Notes: generated by a model not told the origin, from the sequence alone. 63,829 bases of DNA, filler included, from Octopus bimaculoides (GCF_001194135.2; 7 parts of 6 records of this genome joined end to end with filler, not necessarily neighbours in it); one strand, 5' to 3'; positions 25,587-39,863 are shown, numbered from the whole stretch's first letter. Numbers and translations: made by a program.

Positions 25587-26134
25587 AATATGCTTAGTTC
25601 ACCTCTAATTTAAATACTCCTGACAGTCAATTCTATATTTTAGATATCTTATACTTATCCGCCCGTAATAAGAATATTTATCCTGGTTTTGATTTTATAT
25701 AAACTAGTACTCCTACTCAGATAATAATTTAATTTACATATAAATTCATTGAGGAATAGTTTTATCATGACCATCTTAGCAATATGCTTAGGATAGACCT
25801 TATGAACTTCCTCATATATTAAAGTACCCCATTTTTAAGGTTTAAGTTTAATTATCTATCCTTTTTTTCTTTATATTGTTCTAAAATTCTTTTCCAAATT
25901 TTTTAATATATTAAATTGGCCGTTATAATATACCTCGTAACCCTACGTCCTAATTCCAACCCTTAAATCTTATCTTGATCTCTTTTGTTTTCCACTCTAT
26001 TCCCCTTTCATTTGACAATCTAAATATGTGCTAGACACCCCCACCCCGTCTTTCCTTCTTATTGTTTTTACTTCTTCCCCACCAGTCATTCAGTGTGTGT
26101 GTTTAAATGTATGTACCTATGTATAGTCTATTAT

Positions 26135-26335
26135 AGGAACATGAGCTGAAAATTTGGGAGAGTGGATAGTCGATCACATCAACCTCAATGCTTAACTGGC
26201 ACTTATTTTATCCACTCGAAAAGTATAAAAGGCAAAATCGACCTCGGTGGAATTTGAACTCAGAACGCATGGACGTACGAAATGCTGTTGAGCATTTTGC
26301 CCGTCATGCTAACGATTCTGCCAACTCAGCACCTT
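26135..26335 (-). mobile_element. SINE family A (diverged)
   Basis: Reverse-complement match to family A. Confidence 0.85.
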
Positions 26336-28499
26336 AACAATAATTATAAAAATAATAATGATGATGATGATGATAACTATGAAAATTGCTAGTAAACAAG
26401 CGTCACCTCAGTCTGCTGGCTGTCGAAAGCTGACACTTTCCATGGTACCAGCAAAATAAGCAGTGAGTTTTCATTACATAATAATAATGATAATAATACT
26501 AATGATGGTGAAGATGATTATGATGATGATGATGATGATGATTATAATGATGATGATGATGATGATGATGATTATAATGATGATGATATCAACAACAACA
26601 ACAATAGTAATGAACTGTCTTACTTGCCTCCGGGCCTATAGATGAATAAGGAAATTACAAACATGTTTTAGTGAACAAGCCGTTGCTCTGACAGCACAGC
26701 CTTCATTTTCCATCTTGAAAAAGTGGACGAGGACTATTCTCACCACTTGGATATCGAGTTCATTATGTCTTAATTTATCACCTATGTTAAATGTCTTACA
26801 AGCTAATCCTCTAATGTATTTCACTCCATCGCTAGTTCCTTAGAAGTGCTATCGATTTTTATCTCATAACTCTATGGTGTCCCACCAACGTTTGTGGGCG
26901 ATTGCCCTCAGCCGCTAAAGTAATTTGCTAATCCTGTTTCAGTAATTCTTATGCAGTGATAAAGACGTGAGTGATTTCCTGTAATCGTGTCCTATGTGTC
27001 TATATGTCCTATCAAAGCCGAGCATGTTAATTATAAATCCATGCTTTGTTTAGCCGAACAGTTTGATCTGTGGATTTCCTAACTTATTCTTTTCCCTTAG
27101 CCTAGCAAACTTACACTGCTAATGATATGCACAAAGTGTTTTCTTTTTTTCCTTTTTCGCTGCCCACAAACACTATGATGGAATGACAATGGGTTCCTCG
27201 TTAAAACTTACATTTGCAGCATTCAACCTATTCACAGTAGTAAACAGAATAATATTCAAACTTAAAAATACATATATACACACACAAACACACATGCGCA
27301 TGCACACACGCACGCACAAACACGCACACGTATGCATGTATGTATGTATCTATGTATGTATGTAGGCAAAATTTAATCATCACTAAAAGTGACGAAGGAT
27401 GTAAGTCTACACCAACTTTGCTAGAAATAAGAGTCAAAGAACTCTTAGCCACGAACAGCGCACGATTCTATTCACTAACAAGGAGCTAGCCACCTTAATA
27501 ATTATATATATATATATATATATNNNNNNNNNNNNNNNNNNNNNNNNNNNNNNNNNNNNNNNNNNNNNNNNNNNNNNNNNNNNNNNNNNNNNNNNNNNNN
27601 NNNNNNNNNNNNNNNNNNNNNNNNNNNNNNNNNNNNNNNNNNNNNNNNNNNNNNNNNNNNNNNNNNNNNNNNNNNNNNNNNNNNNNNNNNNNNNNNNNNN
27701 NNNNNNNNNNNNNNNNNNNNNNNNNNNNNNNNNNNNNNNNNNNNNNNNNNNNNNNNNNNNNNNNNNNNNNNNNNNNNNNNNNNNNNNNNNNNNNNNNNNN
27801 NNNNNNNNNNNNNNNNNNNNNNNNNNNNNNNNNNNNNNNNNNNNNNNNNNNNNNNNNNNNNNNNNNNNNNNNNNNNNNNNNNNNNNNNNNNNNNNNNNNN
27901 NNNNNNNNNNNNNNNTGTTTCGGGTATTGGACTGCAGACATGTTTGGGCACCGCGTTGTTGAAGCGTTTTACCCGAACGAATAGATGGCAGTACTTAGAT
28001 CTTACGTCACTATGGGCCTCTTTTATGCATACGTACACAGACAAATATATATACACAGACATACGTAAATGTGTACATACATACGTAAATATATACATAC
28101 ATAGACATGTTGCGTGTGTAAAGAGCAGCCTAAAATAGAAAACAGATTATATCGATTACATTCGTAGACATTCTTTCAGAAAAATACAAAAATGTGCCCA
28201 GAAAAGGTAATGTTTAAATGTATTGATTAATATAGTAGCTACACAAGTTATGACATTATACGTTACATTCATAATACTCCAAGGTCGGTCTCTATCATAA
28301 CAAGTAAATAGTTTTATACACAATGTTCAACACAAATAACACTTGTTGCTTTTTCCTTCTCATCTCTATTGACGTGTTCTTTACACCATTCCTATCATAT
28401 TGCGACACATTACTTCATACGCAAAGGGAATATCTTCAATATAATGAGACTACTTAATTAAGAAACCAAGAGGGACTCTGTAAATTATGGGAAAGCTCA

Positions 28500-28680
28500 G
28501 ACAGGTGCAGGTTTGGCTGTGTGTGTGGTTTATGAAGCTCACTTTGAAAACTTCTGGTTTTGGGGTTCAGTTCCACTGTGCGGCACCCCGTTCCGAAAGT
28601 GTCTTCTGCTATAACTTCTAGCCGAACAAAACGTTGTAACTGAACGTGATAGCCGGAAAACATACGGAAGCCTGTCGCAT
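28500..28680 (+). mobile_element. SINE family C head (diverged)
   Basis: GGCTGTGTG..GGGTTCAGTTCCACTGTGCGGCAC..GTGTCTTCTGCTATA. Confidence 0.7.
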
Positions 28681-28752
28681 ATATCGAATATGTATGTATG
28701 TAATGCATGTAGGTATGCATATATGTATACATATATGTGTGCTTGTGTGTGC

Positions 28753-28806
<54 letters not shown>

Positions 28807-31198
28807 NNNNNNNNNNNNNNNNNNNNNNNNNNNNNNNNNNNNNNNNNNNNTTAATTAATTAANNNNNNNNNNNNNNNNNNNNNNNNNNNNNNNNNNNNNN
28901 NNNNNNATATATACATACACACACACACATATACATACGTATACATATATATATATTTCAACAAGTATTACGCATATGCTGTTTACACACTTACCCACAC
29001 ACATACACGTGTGTGTGTGTGTGTGTGTGAGAGAGTGTGTGTGTGTGTTTGTGTGTGTCTGTGTGTGTGCAATTCTGTGATAGCGAGTAGTCATAACTCA
29101 TATTTTTTACCTTAGACATAATTAGAAATAGGAGCAAATTACGCCATACTATGACAACCGTAAACTAATTAGATGCATCTTATTTCGAAACAACTTGCGG
29201 CTATCTTTAATTAACAGAAAATGCTATTCAAGTATGCTTTTCAACAGGAGATATGATATATATATGTATGTGTGTGTGTGTTTGTTTGTGTATATGTGTG
29301 TATAAATGTATGTATGTATATATATATATATATATATAAGTGTGTGTGTGTATTTATGTATTTATGTATGCATGTATATATACAGATACGTAACAGCATA
29401 CATATGCGTGAGTGTTACCTGTTTTATAATGAGCATTTATCTAAGCTTACAGTGCGGTTGATGAATTTGATGGGTTTTGCGTGACTGCAAATAGCAATTT
29501 TAAAATTTTATGGATTAAATTTGTGGTAGGGCAAATACTTCAAATATAACATTAATTTAAAATCTTACATACACTCGCACACACACACACACACTCATAT
29601 GTATATANNNNNNNNNNNNNNNNNNNNNNNNNNNNNNNNNNNNNNNNNNNNNNNNNNNNNNNNNNNNNNNNNNNNNNNNNNNNNNNNNNNNNNNNNNNNN
29701 NNNNNNNNNNNNNNNNNNNNNNNNNNNNNNNNNNNNNNNNNNNNNNNNNNNNNNNNNNNNNNNNNNNNNNNNNNNNNNNNNNNNNNNNNNNNNNNNNNNN
29801 NNNNNNNNNNNNNNNNNNNNNNNNNNNNNNNNNNNNNNNNNNNNNNNNNNNNNNNNNNNNNNNNNNNNNNNNNNNNNNNNNNNNNNNNNNNNNNNNNNNN
29901 NNNNNNNNNNNNNNNNNNNNNNNNNNNNNNNNNNNNNNNNNNNNNNNNNNNNNNNNNNNNNNNNNNNNNNNNNNNNNNNNNNNNNNNNNNNNNNNNNNNN
30001 NNNNNNNNNNNNNNNNNNNNNNNNNNNNNNNNNNNNNNNNNNNNNNNNNNNNNNNNNNNNNNNNNNNNNNNNNNNNNNNNNNNNNNNNNNNNNNNNNNNN
30101 NNNNNNNNNNNNNNNNNNNNNNNNNNNNNNNNNNNNNNNNNNNNNNNNNNNNNNNNNNNNNNNNNNNNNNNNNNNNNNNNNNNNNNNNNNNNNNNNNNNN
30201 NNNNNNNNNNNNNNNNNNNNNNNNNNNNNNNNNNNNNNNNNNNNNNNNNNNNNNNNNNNNNNNNNNNNNNNNNNNNNNNNNNNNNNNNNNNNNNNNNNNN
30301 NNNNNNNNNNNNNNNNNNNNNNNNNNNNNNNNNNNNNNNNNNNNNNNNNNNNNNNNNNNNNNNNNNNNNNNNNNNNNNNNNNNNNNNNNNNNNNNNNNNN
30401 NNNNTATATATATATATATATGTATATACTCATATATTTATATATATGTGTACGTGTTGTGTACATGTATACAAATGTTTGTATATGTAAGTGTGTGTAT
30501 ATATATATATATATATGCATATTCAGTTACATTATATGTACCTCGGTAATATTGGATTATTATTCTTGACAGTTGACCAATAACAAAGCACTGATTTCCT
30601 TGCACAACTATGTTAAACACTTAGTTTACTGCTGCATCATTTCTTTTATTAATATTTACAATAATTACCCTTTCCTTCTAGTCTGCTATAGAATATTAGC
30701 TTATATCTCATGATACAATCGCCCGTCCTCTAATGAAACACACAATGAAAACTGAGCTGCATATTTGACCATAAGCAGTATTACATGTTTTTTTTTTTTC
30801 TAAGAACGAGAAACTTATTAAAAACTTTGTATACCGTTTATAGAGTCATTTACATTATGATACATGATTATAGATAAGATATATTGCTGCTGCATTTTAC
30901 TTGCCATCTACTAGTTATTTTGCGCATGCTAAGTCAGATAAATTTTAGGTGAAATGCACTCAAGAAAATATCTTTATGAGTTACAACATTTTTATTTTCT
31001 TTAAAAAAATCTACTAACAGCGACATATGAGGGTTGCAATGACTAATGACGTTTTTAATCTGTTCTATAAGCAATTTATTTTTAAGTGCTGGCATCGGAA
31101 ATATTACCGCACATAAAGTATGTTTGTTGAATAAATTATTGAAGTGTAAAGAACAAGATAATATTTGAAAATCATTTGTCAATGTCTTTTGTATTTAG

Positions 31199-31225
31199 GA
31201 AGCCTGAATTTCGACTTCCTTTGAT
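31199..31225 (+). CDS. Candidate 27-nt alternative exon (phase-1 reading xGA-SLNFDFL*; phase-2 reading KPEFRLPL)
   Basis: Acceptor gtcttttgtatttag|G, donor GAT|gtaggt, downstream ACUAAC/GCAUG cluster. Host gene unknown; no transcript evidence. Confidence 0.5.
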
Positions 31226-31314
31226 GTAGGTTAAATAATAAATAAGAGATAATTTTCCTGGAAACCTATTTGACAATATGGCTACCTGGAAATTGTAGCA
31301 GCCAACACACCGTG

Positions 31315-31519
31315 ACTAACACGCATGGATGCCTTGTATTTTTCATTATGTTAACGATTTACTAACATCATGTAACTTTACTGCTATACAAACTACTAAC
31401 AGCATGACAAGACATATATTACTGTTCACCAAAACTAACCGCATGATGGCTTCGAAACCATAACAATTTGCATGACTTTGTGAAAAATCATATTAACATT
31501 AAGCATTACTAACCGCATG
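31315..31519 (+). promoter_or_regulatory. RNA-level regulatory cluster: 5x ACTAAC (QKI/STAR) paired with GCATG (Rbfox)
   Basis: ACTAAC at 31315, 31361, 31395, 31434, 31508; GCATG at 31323, 31402, 31441, 31515; TGCATG at 31469. Confidence 0.75.
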
Positions 31520-32039
31520 GGGCTTTTTATATTCTTTATCATTATAGAATTGCTCGATGACAAGAATTCATTATGTAATATTTGTTATTTCAAACAAGAT
31601 AAATACAGTATTTACAAAATTCATCCACATAAATATGTGTAACAAATTGGTAATAAATATAATGAAATATGTATGATAGATTTGAAATTATTAACTCTCA
31701 GAGATTTACAAAAATCTTTGAGAAGAATTGCTGGTTATATATGTTTCTCTTTTCTTCGCATATTACTTAAACACTATTTTGTGAATAATTGAAACATGAA
31801 TATATTCCTTTGGAAATGTATCGCAGTATTTATTCATAAGAAATATGAAATACGGAAATAGGATTGAAAATACAATTCATAGATAGAAGCAAAAATGCAC
31901 ATATGAGTGTGTGCGTGTGTGTATAAACATATGTATATATGCATATACACAAATATATATATAATACATACTTTAAATGTTCAATATCTTTTGATAATTA
32001 TGCATAATTGCTTTATATATATGCACTGTGCATAATACT

Positions 32040-32161
<122 letters not shown>

Positions 32162-33097
32162 GTTTATATAATACTATGGCAAGATGGAAAGTATTGTCAT
32201 ATTAATGGGCCCAGTGTATAACGCAAATCTTAAGTAATAAGATCATTAATTTTAGGGCCGTTATCTACATCACATTATCATAAAAATTAAGGAACTCAAT
32301 GCTAGTATTATTTTAACGAAATTATGTTGAAATTGAAACTTATTTCCACTAAATTTAAATAAAAGGACTTGGAATTTTACCAGTAGATTATGATTTACTC
32401 GGCCATCATTCAGCAAATGCATCCTGAATAGCACTGTCCGAGAACACGATGGTTATTTCCATTCTAGCATTGTACCTAAATAACGCATAATCAAATTAAT
32501 GCCAAGTTCAGTATATCTTCCATTTCACAAGTTATTCGAAACTAAAATAGAATATATTGTAAAACAGTATAAAAGCTGCATAAATAAGGATAAAATGTAT
32601 TATGTTGGTCAATCATATGATAATTTCGATAAATTACAAATACACATTCTTTATTAAAGGATAAATTTTTTTAGTAAGCAGACCATCATAATATCATGAA
32701 TAAATACATTAAAAATGGATGAGTATAAAAGATAGAGGAATGGATATCAGTGGCCACATATCCACGAATTCATCCACTATCCAATAAATATTTTCCCAAT
32801 GTTCCAATGTTTAAATTTCAATTCTTCACAAAATTTCTAATATTTATTCATTTATCTGCCAAAGAGCATACGTAATATATATANNNNNNNNNNNNNNNNN
32901 NNNNNNNNNNNNNNNNNNNNNNNNNNNNNNNNNNNNNNNNNNNNNNNNNNNNNNNNNNNNNNNNNNNNNNNNNNNNNNNNNNNNNNNNNNNNNNNNNNNN
33001 NNNNNNNNNNNNNNNNNNNNNNNNNNNNNNNNNNNNNNNNNNNNNNNNNNNNNNNNNNNNNNNNNNNNNNNNNNNNNNNNNNNNNNNNNNNNNNNNN

Positions 33098-33129
<32 letters not shown>

Positions 33130-34215
33130 TACATAAATACATACATACATACATCCATACGCACACCAGACCTGGAGTGACAATATTCATGTTAAACAAT
33201 ACACCTAGGAAAAGCTTTTATATTCATCAGAGCTTTCATCTTATTCCTTTGTATTTCTTTTTACTTTGTGATCTGGAATAGTTTATTCTTAAAGATATTA
33301 TGGAGAAGATGAATGCATTCATATGAAATATCTCAAGGGGGTAGTGTGCTCCATTGCAATGCCTTTATGCAAAATCTGAAGTTTTCCTTTCGAGCTCAAT
33401 CGTGCTCTCCCGCCTTGAATATATGTGTTACCTCTCTATAGACAAAATATTGGATTTTTATGTTTATACGTCATTTACCAATGTGTCTGTTACCTGGAGA
33501 GATTTGGCGAAAGCACTGCTGGGAAAACGTTGCTAACTCCGACGTTAATAAAGCGTTCATTTTTCCTCAAGATGTTATATCCTACCGAAACTGTCCGTCG
33601 AGGGATGCTACAGTTTTCCCTTTGAACATCTAGCTTCCTATCAGATTATATTATTTCATCACTTTCTCTCTCATAATACTTCATTTCTGGTGAACTCAAG
33701 CGTTCGGCATGGTTCCCCACTCTCTTCCTTAGTACAGCAATCACTTACTTGTCACCAAGTCAAAAAGCGACTATTTATAAAGAATATACTAAACTCCATG
33801 CATAACGAATATTCTCCAAACTAGCATCATGTATACGCAACCAACAGAATAATCCATACCAGTACTCGTTCTAGGAACTATCCAAAACAACGAGCGCAAT
33901 GACTTGTCTTACAAAAACATCTATTGAGCATAAACATCTATTGAACATAAACAGCACTTAACAACAGCATTCACAATACTTCCAATTATAATTTCTATTA
34001 TATAACCTTCATTATAAAGGAGAATATGTCCAGGATTGAAAACCGTTTACAGAAAAAAAATCACGTTGAAAATGCAGACACTTTTAATTAAGTCCAGGAA
34101 AACATTTTGACACATTAAAGGAAACGTTAATCCCACTCATGTGAAAGTGTTTATGAGGGGCATGTGCGGTGCCCATTTCAGGTTCAGCGACTATATATAT
34201 ATTTATGCATATTTA

Positions 34216-34282
<67 letters not shown>

Positions 34283-34478
34283 GCATATATATGAAAGTAT
34301 AATTTTATAATCTAAATTTAATCAGAATTTAAAATATAGAGACATACGGCAAATTTTTAGCAGCCCATGCTTACTTTCGTCTTGACAAATTTACATTGTT
34401 TTTGTGTCATGTTATATTAAACTAACAACTAACAAACTGTTTTTTTTCTTTCTGCACAAATATTCGTACTTTCTTCAG

Positions 34479-34492
34479 ACCGCTACATATAA
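34479..34492 (+). CDS. Candidate alternative 3' exon start (phase-1 reading xAC-RYI*)
   Basis: Tandem ACTAAC branch-point motifs at 34421 and 34428, long pyrimidine tract, ttcttcag|A acceptor at 34478. Confidence 0.3.
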
Positions 34493-34744
34493 TCAACGTC
34501 ATTTCAATTAATTTTACACTTCCAATTTATTGTTTCATTAATGCTATCTAAATGAAAGTTATTTTTTATATGTTTTAACCTCCAGTGTTACTATTAACTA
34601 TTATGGAAATAAATATGCATTTAATTAATAAAGTATGGGAAACATTCTAATGTTTAATTACGTATTAATGAATATATTATATTGTAACCCATATGAAATA
34701 GTTTGTAAAGAGTTGGAATACGCAAGTTCACGTATTGCGATAGA

Positions 34745-35085
34745 CAGTGGCGGAGTGGCCGGGTTGCCAACTTGCCCGATGGCAAGTGGATCCCTGCACC
34801 ATTAGAGTTCATATATGGGGATCCATGGTATTATCTAAGGGACGCATCCCCTCGTTTTTTAGAATGTTTTCTTCACTCCTGGAAGAATGCATTAATCATT
34901 TCAGCTTGGCTGTGTTTGTAGACAGTTGAAAAGAATACTTTTAGCAAAACAAAAAAAAAAAGAAATAGATGATCGCATTATAGTTGCGGGTGGGCCCCCT
35001 TATAGTCGCAGTGGGCCCCCTTGTAGTTGCAATGGGCCCCCTTAGTCTTCTGGCAAACAATATTTTTAGACCCAGTCCGCCACTG
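34745..35085. mobile_element. hAT-like MITE (341 bp)
   Basis: TIRs CAGTGGCGGAGTGG / CCAGTCCGCCACTG (13 of 14 complementary); 8-bp flanks GCGATAGA vs GTGGTAGT (5/8, decayed TSD); three ~21-bp GGGCCCCCTT subterminal repeats. Confidence 0.8.
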
Positions 35086-36846
35086 GTGGTAGTGATTATG
35101 TGCAAATACATACGTATTTACACACTGGGTGTGTCTGTTAGTGAAGTGTTTCTTAGGGCAATTTCGAGACACGGTAATCGATCTATACCCTAGAAACTGA
35201 GAGTCAGTGTACATCCGTGAAGAATAACGGCTAAAAAGCACTTCCATACTTCCCAAACCCAGGAACTCCCGAACTGCATATATATATGCAGGCGGGGCTG
35301 TGTAGTATGTATGTATGTATATTTATCAACCCATGTAATTAATTAATTAACGAGCAAATTCTTTAAATTTATAAATATCAACAGCACAGTAATATGATAC
35401 GTATAATAGCATCACCGACTACGAAATAAACCACTCACGTAATACAATATGAATGTATACATTTGTATGTATACATATGTCGTCACTCGTATTGTAACTG
35501 AAATGGTGAAAATATTTGACAGCATATCAGCCTGCATTCATACCATTACAATAACTATAATATATATTTTCCAATATTTTGGATGCATCTATCATTTCTT
35601 TAAATGAGTTCGCATCATAATAAGTCATTGCAAAAATTGCTGCCAAACAAAAGCTCAACGATTTTGTAAATCCTAACATATTGACACATGTTATTTGAAG
35701 CTTTAGTTTCATAGTTACGAGATCATATATTTTGCACTAGTGTGGAGTAAGCTAATTTAATTGCAAAATATTTAATGCAAGAAAAAACCAACATATCACG
35801 TTACATTGTTACATATATATTCATTATTAATCATAATATGTATTTACTAGACAAATCATGGAGAAACATTTTAGCTATGAAACAAACCATCTGTAAGTTC
35901 ACCTTAATGTCTCTATTTGATTTTGTCCTTTATTTAAAGGGAAACGGCATTTGGATAGCATTATAGAAAGGAAAGTTTAAATTTGAAAGTCATTTATTTT
36001 GGGTTTCATTTGTATATTTCCATAAATATGCTAACAGGTATACATAATGCGTACATAATGTGTATATATATATATATATATATATGTATATANNNNNNNN
36101 NNNNNNNNNNNNNNNNNNNNNNNNNNNNNNNNNNNNNNNNNNNNNNNNNNNNNNNNNNNNNNNNNNNNNNNNNNNNNNNNNNNNNNNNNNNNNNNNNNNN
36201 NNNNNNNNNNNNNNNNNNNNNNNNNNNNNNNNNNNNNNNNNNNNNNNNNNNNNNNNNNNNNNNNNNNNNNNNNNNNNNNNNNNNNNNNNNNNNNNNNNNN
36301 NNNNNNNNNNNNNNNNNNNNNNNNNNNNNNNNNNNNNNNNNNNNNNNNNNNNNNNNNNNNNNNNNNNNNNNNNNNNNNNNNNNNNNNNNNNNNNNNNNNN
36401 NNNNNNNNNNNNNNNNNNNNNNNNNNNNNNNNNNNNNNNNNNNNNNNNNNNNNNNNNNNNNNNNNNNNNNNNNNNNNNNNNNNNNNNNNNNNNNNNNNNN
36501 NNNNNNNNNNNNNNNNNNNNNNNNNNNNNNNNNNNNNNNNNNNNNNNNNNNNNNNNNNNNNNNNNNNNNNNNNNNNNNNNNNNNNNNNNNNNNNNNNNNN
36601 NNNNNNNNNNNNNNNNNNNNNNNNNNNNNNNNNNNNNNNNNNNNNNNNNNNNNNNNNNNNNNNNNNNNNNNNNNNNNNTATATATATATATATATATATT
36701 TAGATATATATATATATTTAGATATATATATAATTTACGATGAATTTCTTGACCATACAATTATATTCCATAATGTATAACCTTTTATGAAGGACTATTT
36801 TAATAAAACATAGACTCAATTCATTCTGCCATATTCCTCTTTTCAG

Positions 36847-36902
36847 GTTTGAAGCGCTGTGTGATAATTTCAATCTCAAGTCATCGATCTGAAACAATTT
36901 GA
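36847..36902 (+). CDS. Candidate alternative 3' exon (phase-1 xGT-LKRCVIISISSHRSETI*; phase-2 FEALCDNFNLKSSI*)
   Basis: Strong acceptor gccatattcctcttttcag|G at 36846; all three frames stop within 56 nt. Confidence 0.3.
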
Positions 36903-38651
36903 AGCCAAAATAATTTACCATGTATCATTTTTTATTATATGTTTCTCTGAAGAGTTCCCTTAAAGCGGGTTTCAGAAAGAAACCATTAACTGATGTAGTC
37001 CATGAAATTTGAATCGACGGAAATTCACAATATTAAATTTAAACTGGGTTTTTTTTCTTTCATCATTTTTTCTCTTACTTCGTAGTCTGAAAAAGTCCAT
37101 GCATTTTTTATAAGCCGCTAATTAATTATCAATGAATACATTATTTGACACCCTTGGTAATATAAATTTGCGCTAATAATATGTCTAGTGTGTAGTTGAA
37201 TAATATTACATCTGCAATTATGCATAACATTTCACTGAAGTATTAAAACCTGCGTACAAATTTAGTTTACTTGTTTCATTATATTTAACAATTAATTATT
37301 ATTTCTTAGTTTACTCAAAGATAATCATATAAGTAATCCACGCTTGAATTTAGTGTGATGATGAAGCAATTGTACTCACGTATATGATATCTTAGTCATA
37401 TTTAAGACGGAAGCGTATAAAGACTCTTGAACAACTTAAAGTACATGATATGTAATAGAAACATGTTAGTACATTGTTAGGGGTAAGATAAAGTTAATCT
37501 GATCGAATTGACTTTTAAACAAAAGGACACAGTTTGAACGGAAATGAGTATAACCAATATCGCAATAAGAATGCGTAAAGAGAAATTAATTGTAGATTGT
37601 GTTTATTTTTAGACACAATGTCATACTTAGCCACGCTACATTTTTTTGCAAGACACCTATTATAAACACGATTTTTTGCATTGCTAAACATGGTGTATTC
37701 ATAGTAGATTGCTTTCAATTATGAGGCAAAATTGCACCGCCCATGCAATGAAATTGATATTGGATTTTCAAAGCTTTTCTTCATACTGTAGATATTTACA
37801 GCTCGTATAATGTGTTACTCTGCATGAATCATTATGAGCCTCATCATACGTGGTTTTCAAACAGCTTCCGTATACTTAACATCAACGAATTTTACTAGAA
37901 GAAGTCCATATAGTATTTTATAATCAATATACAAAACACTGCAGGGTTATACTTTAGCTCTAATGAAAATTAGCTATTTATTTAAATTCATATTAATATT
38001 GTTAATACAAAAAGTAGTTATTTCATCAGGAAAAAATAGAACGGTATCAGTTTAAATACATTGAATAATTAGTTCCTCATTAGTTGTAAATGAAAATGTC
38101 TGCGGTCAAATTACATTTTGATGGTTCCGATATCAATGATATTAGGTCGAGTAATTACCTTTATAAAAACGAAAAAAATTGATTCCATGCAATTATTGTT
38201 ATTTGGCCAGGACAAACGTAATTGCACATATTTTAATGTTATATACAAAGGGGTAGATAATGAACTGCAAAGAGGAGGCTTTAGTTTATTCTTAATTTCA
38301 CATTGTGAGATTGAAATGATGTAGTAGGCAAGGGTAAACTGAGTAGAAGTCAAACGTTTTTTACCAAGAGTAGTTGTTTGTGTGTCTATTTCAGAAATCA
38401 ATATTATATTAATATATCGGTATTATACTATTCGGACCACTTTTGCGAGCTTCATTATGGAATAAGATTTAGAACATAACTCTAAGACATTAACATAATC
38501 AAATATATTACAACAATGTAAAGCTTTCAGCAAACTTAACAACGGTATACAATAGAAAATATAATATATAACCTTTAATATGAAGAAGCAAGTTCGTGTA
38601 TTAGGCTCACTTAAAACAACTCTACATAATGAAATAACAATAAATATTGTA

Positions 38652-38701
<50 letters not shown>

Positions 38702-39544
38702 ATAAGGGCATTACTATACAGTAATGCCTCACGCTTAGAGGGACTTTATAAGTAAAAACTACCAAAATAAGCACTTATTTACCGATCGCGAGGGAATGCA
38801 ACTTTCAAAGCTAACCTCCTAAAAACTTTTAACTTAACGGCAAACCACTGGTTTCATAACTAATACAGCAAAACTATGCAGTAAGCTGCATCTTTTGTTC
38901 ATCAGTGCACGTATGGTCAAGACACATAAAGAATAAACAAAAATCAACATACCCTGATGTACCCAACACATTACAATGACTCCTGTTCATCCTTATATAT
39001 CCGTGAAAGGGTCGGGCTTTTCAAGTTACACTTCGGCAACATGTGCTTTTACAGAATAATATTCAGCACTGAATATATTCTAATTATTTATAATATAATA
39101 TAAGGATAAAATCTTTATAAGAATTTATCAAGTAGTCAGCGTGAAAAAACCTCATAAGGAAAAAAAACATCATTTTTTTCCATAAATATATATAATATAA
39201 TTTATATAAGGGCATTACACACACACACACACACACACACATACATACACACTCGCACGTCCCCTCCACATATATATATATAAGAAGAAATTTTGCCGGA
39301 AGTTAACGGGAATTTAACAACAAGGAATTTAACAGTAGGATATGAGAATCGTGATTTACTCTCTGTAAGAAAATACCAAGCGAGATTTACCAACAGCCAT
39401 TTACACTCTGAGTCCTATCACCTGGGGGTCAAATAAGGTACTTGTCAGCACTAAAATAGGTATGATTTACAGCTCTCTTCTGAACCAAATTTTCAGACAT
39501 GAAACCATTATTATTATTATAGATATTTCTTTTGTTATCGTTAT

Positions 39545-39728
39545 TAAGGTTGTGAGCTTATTGAATCGTTAACAAAGAGGATAAAATGCTTAGCGGCATT
39601 TTGTTCGACGATTTACATTTCATCATTTCGAGGTCGATAAAATAACTGCGAGTGAGCACTTGTGTCGATGTAATCGACTAAAACCCGTCCCCGAGATTAC
39701 TGGCCTTGTACCAACATTTGAAACCAAT
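39545..39728 (+). mobile_element. SINE family A (old)
   Basis: Diverged match to family A. Confidence 0.7.
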
Positions 39729-39863
39729 TTTATAACACAATTATTCATTGTTTTATGATCAAAGACTTGAGAACAAATTGCCGCACAAATTTTCTTATGT
39801 AGAACTTATACTAACAACGGAATGTTTATGTAGATGTTTACTAACAACTGCTCCTTATTTCAG

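Noticed and set aside
35527-35712. 61-aa ORF with a hydrophobic segment
   Set aside because: No convincing splice context or homology recognised; expected by chance in AT-rich DNA
38975-39060. VHPY.. peptide considered as a QKI-5-like (HPYQR) terminal exon
   Set aside because: In-frame stop just upstream, no acceptor, and no further similarity; the host cannot be called quaking
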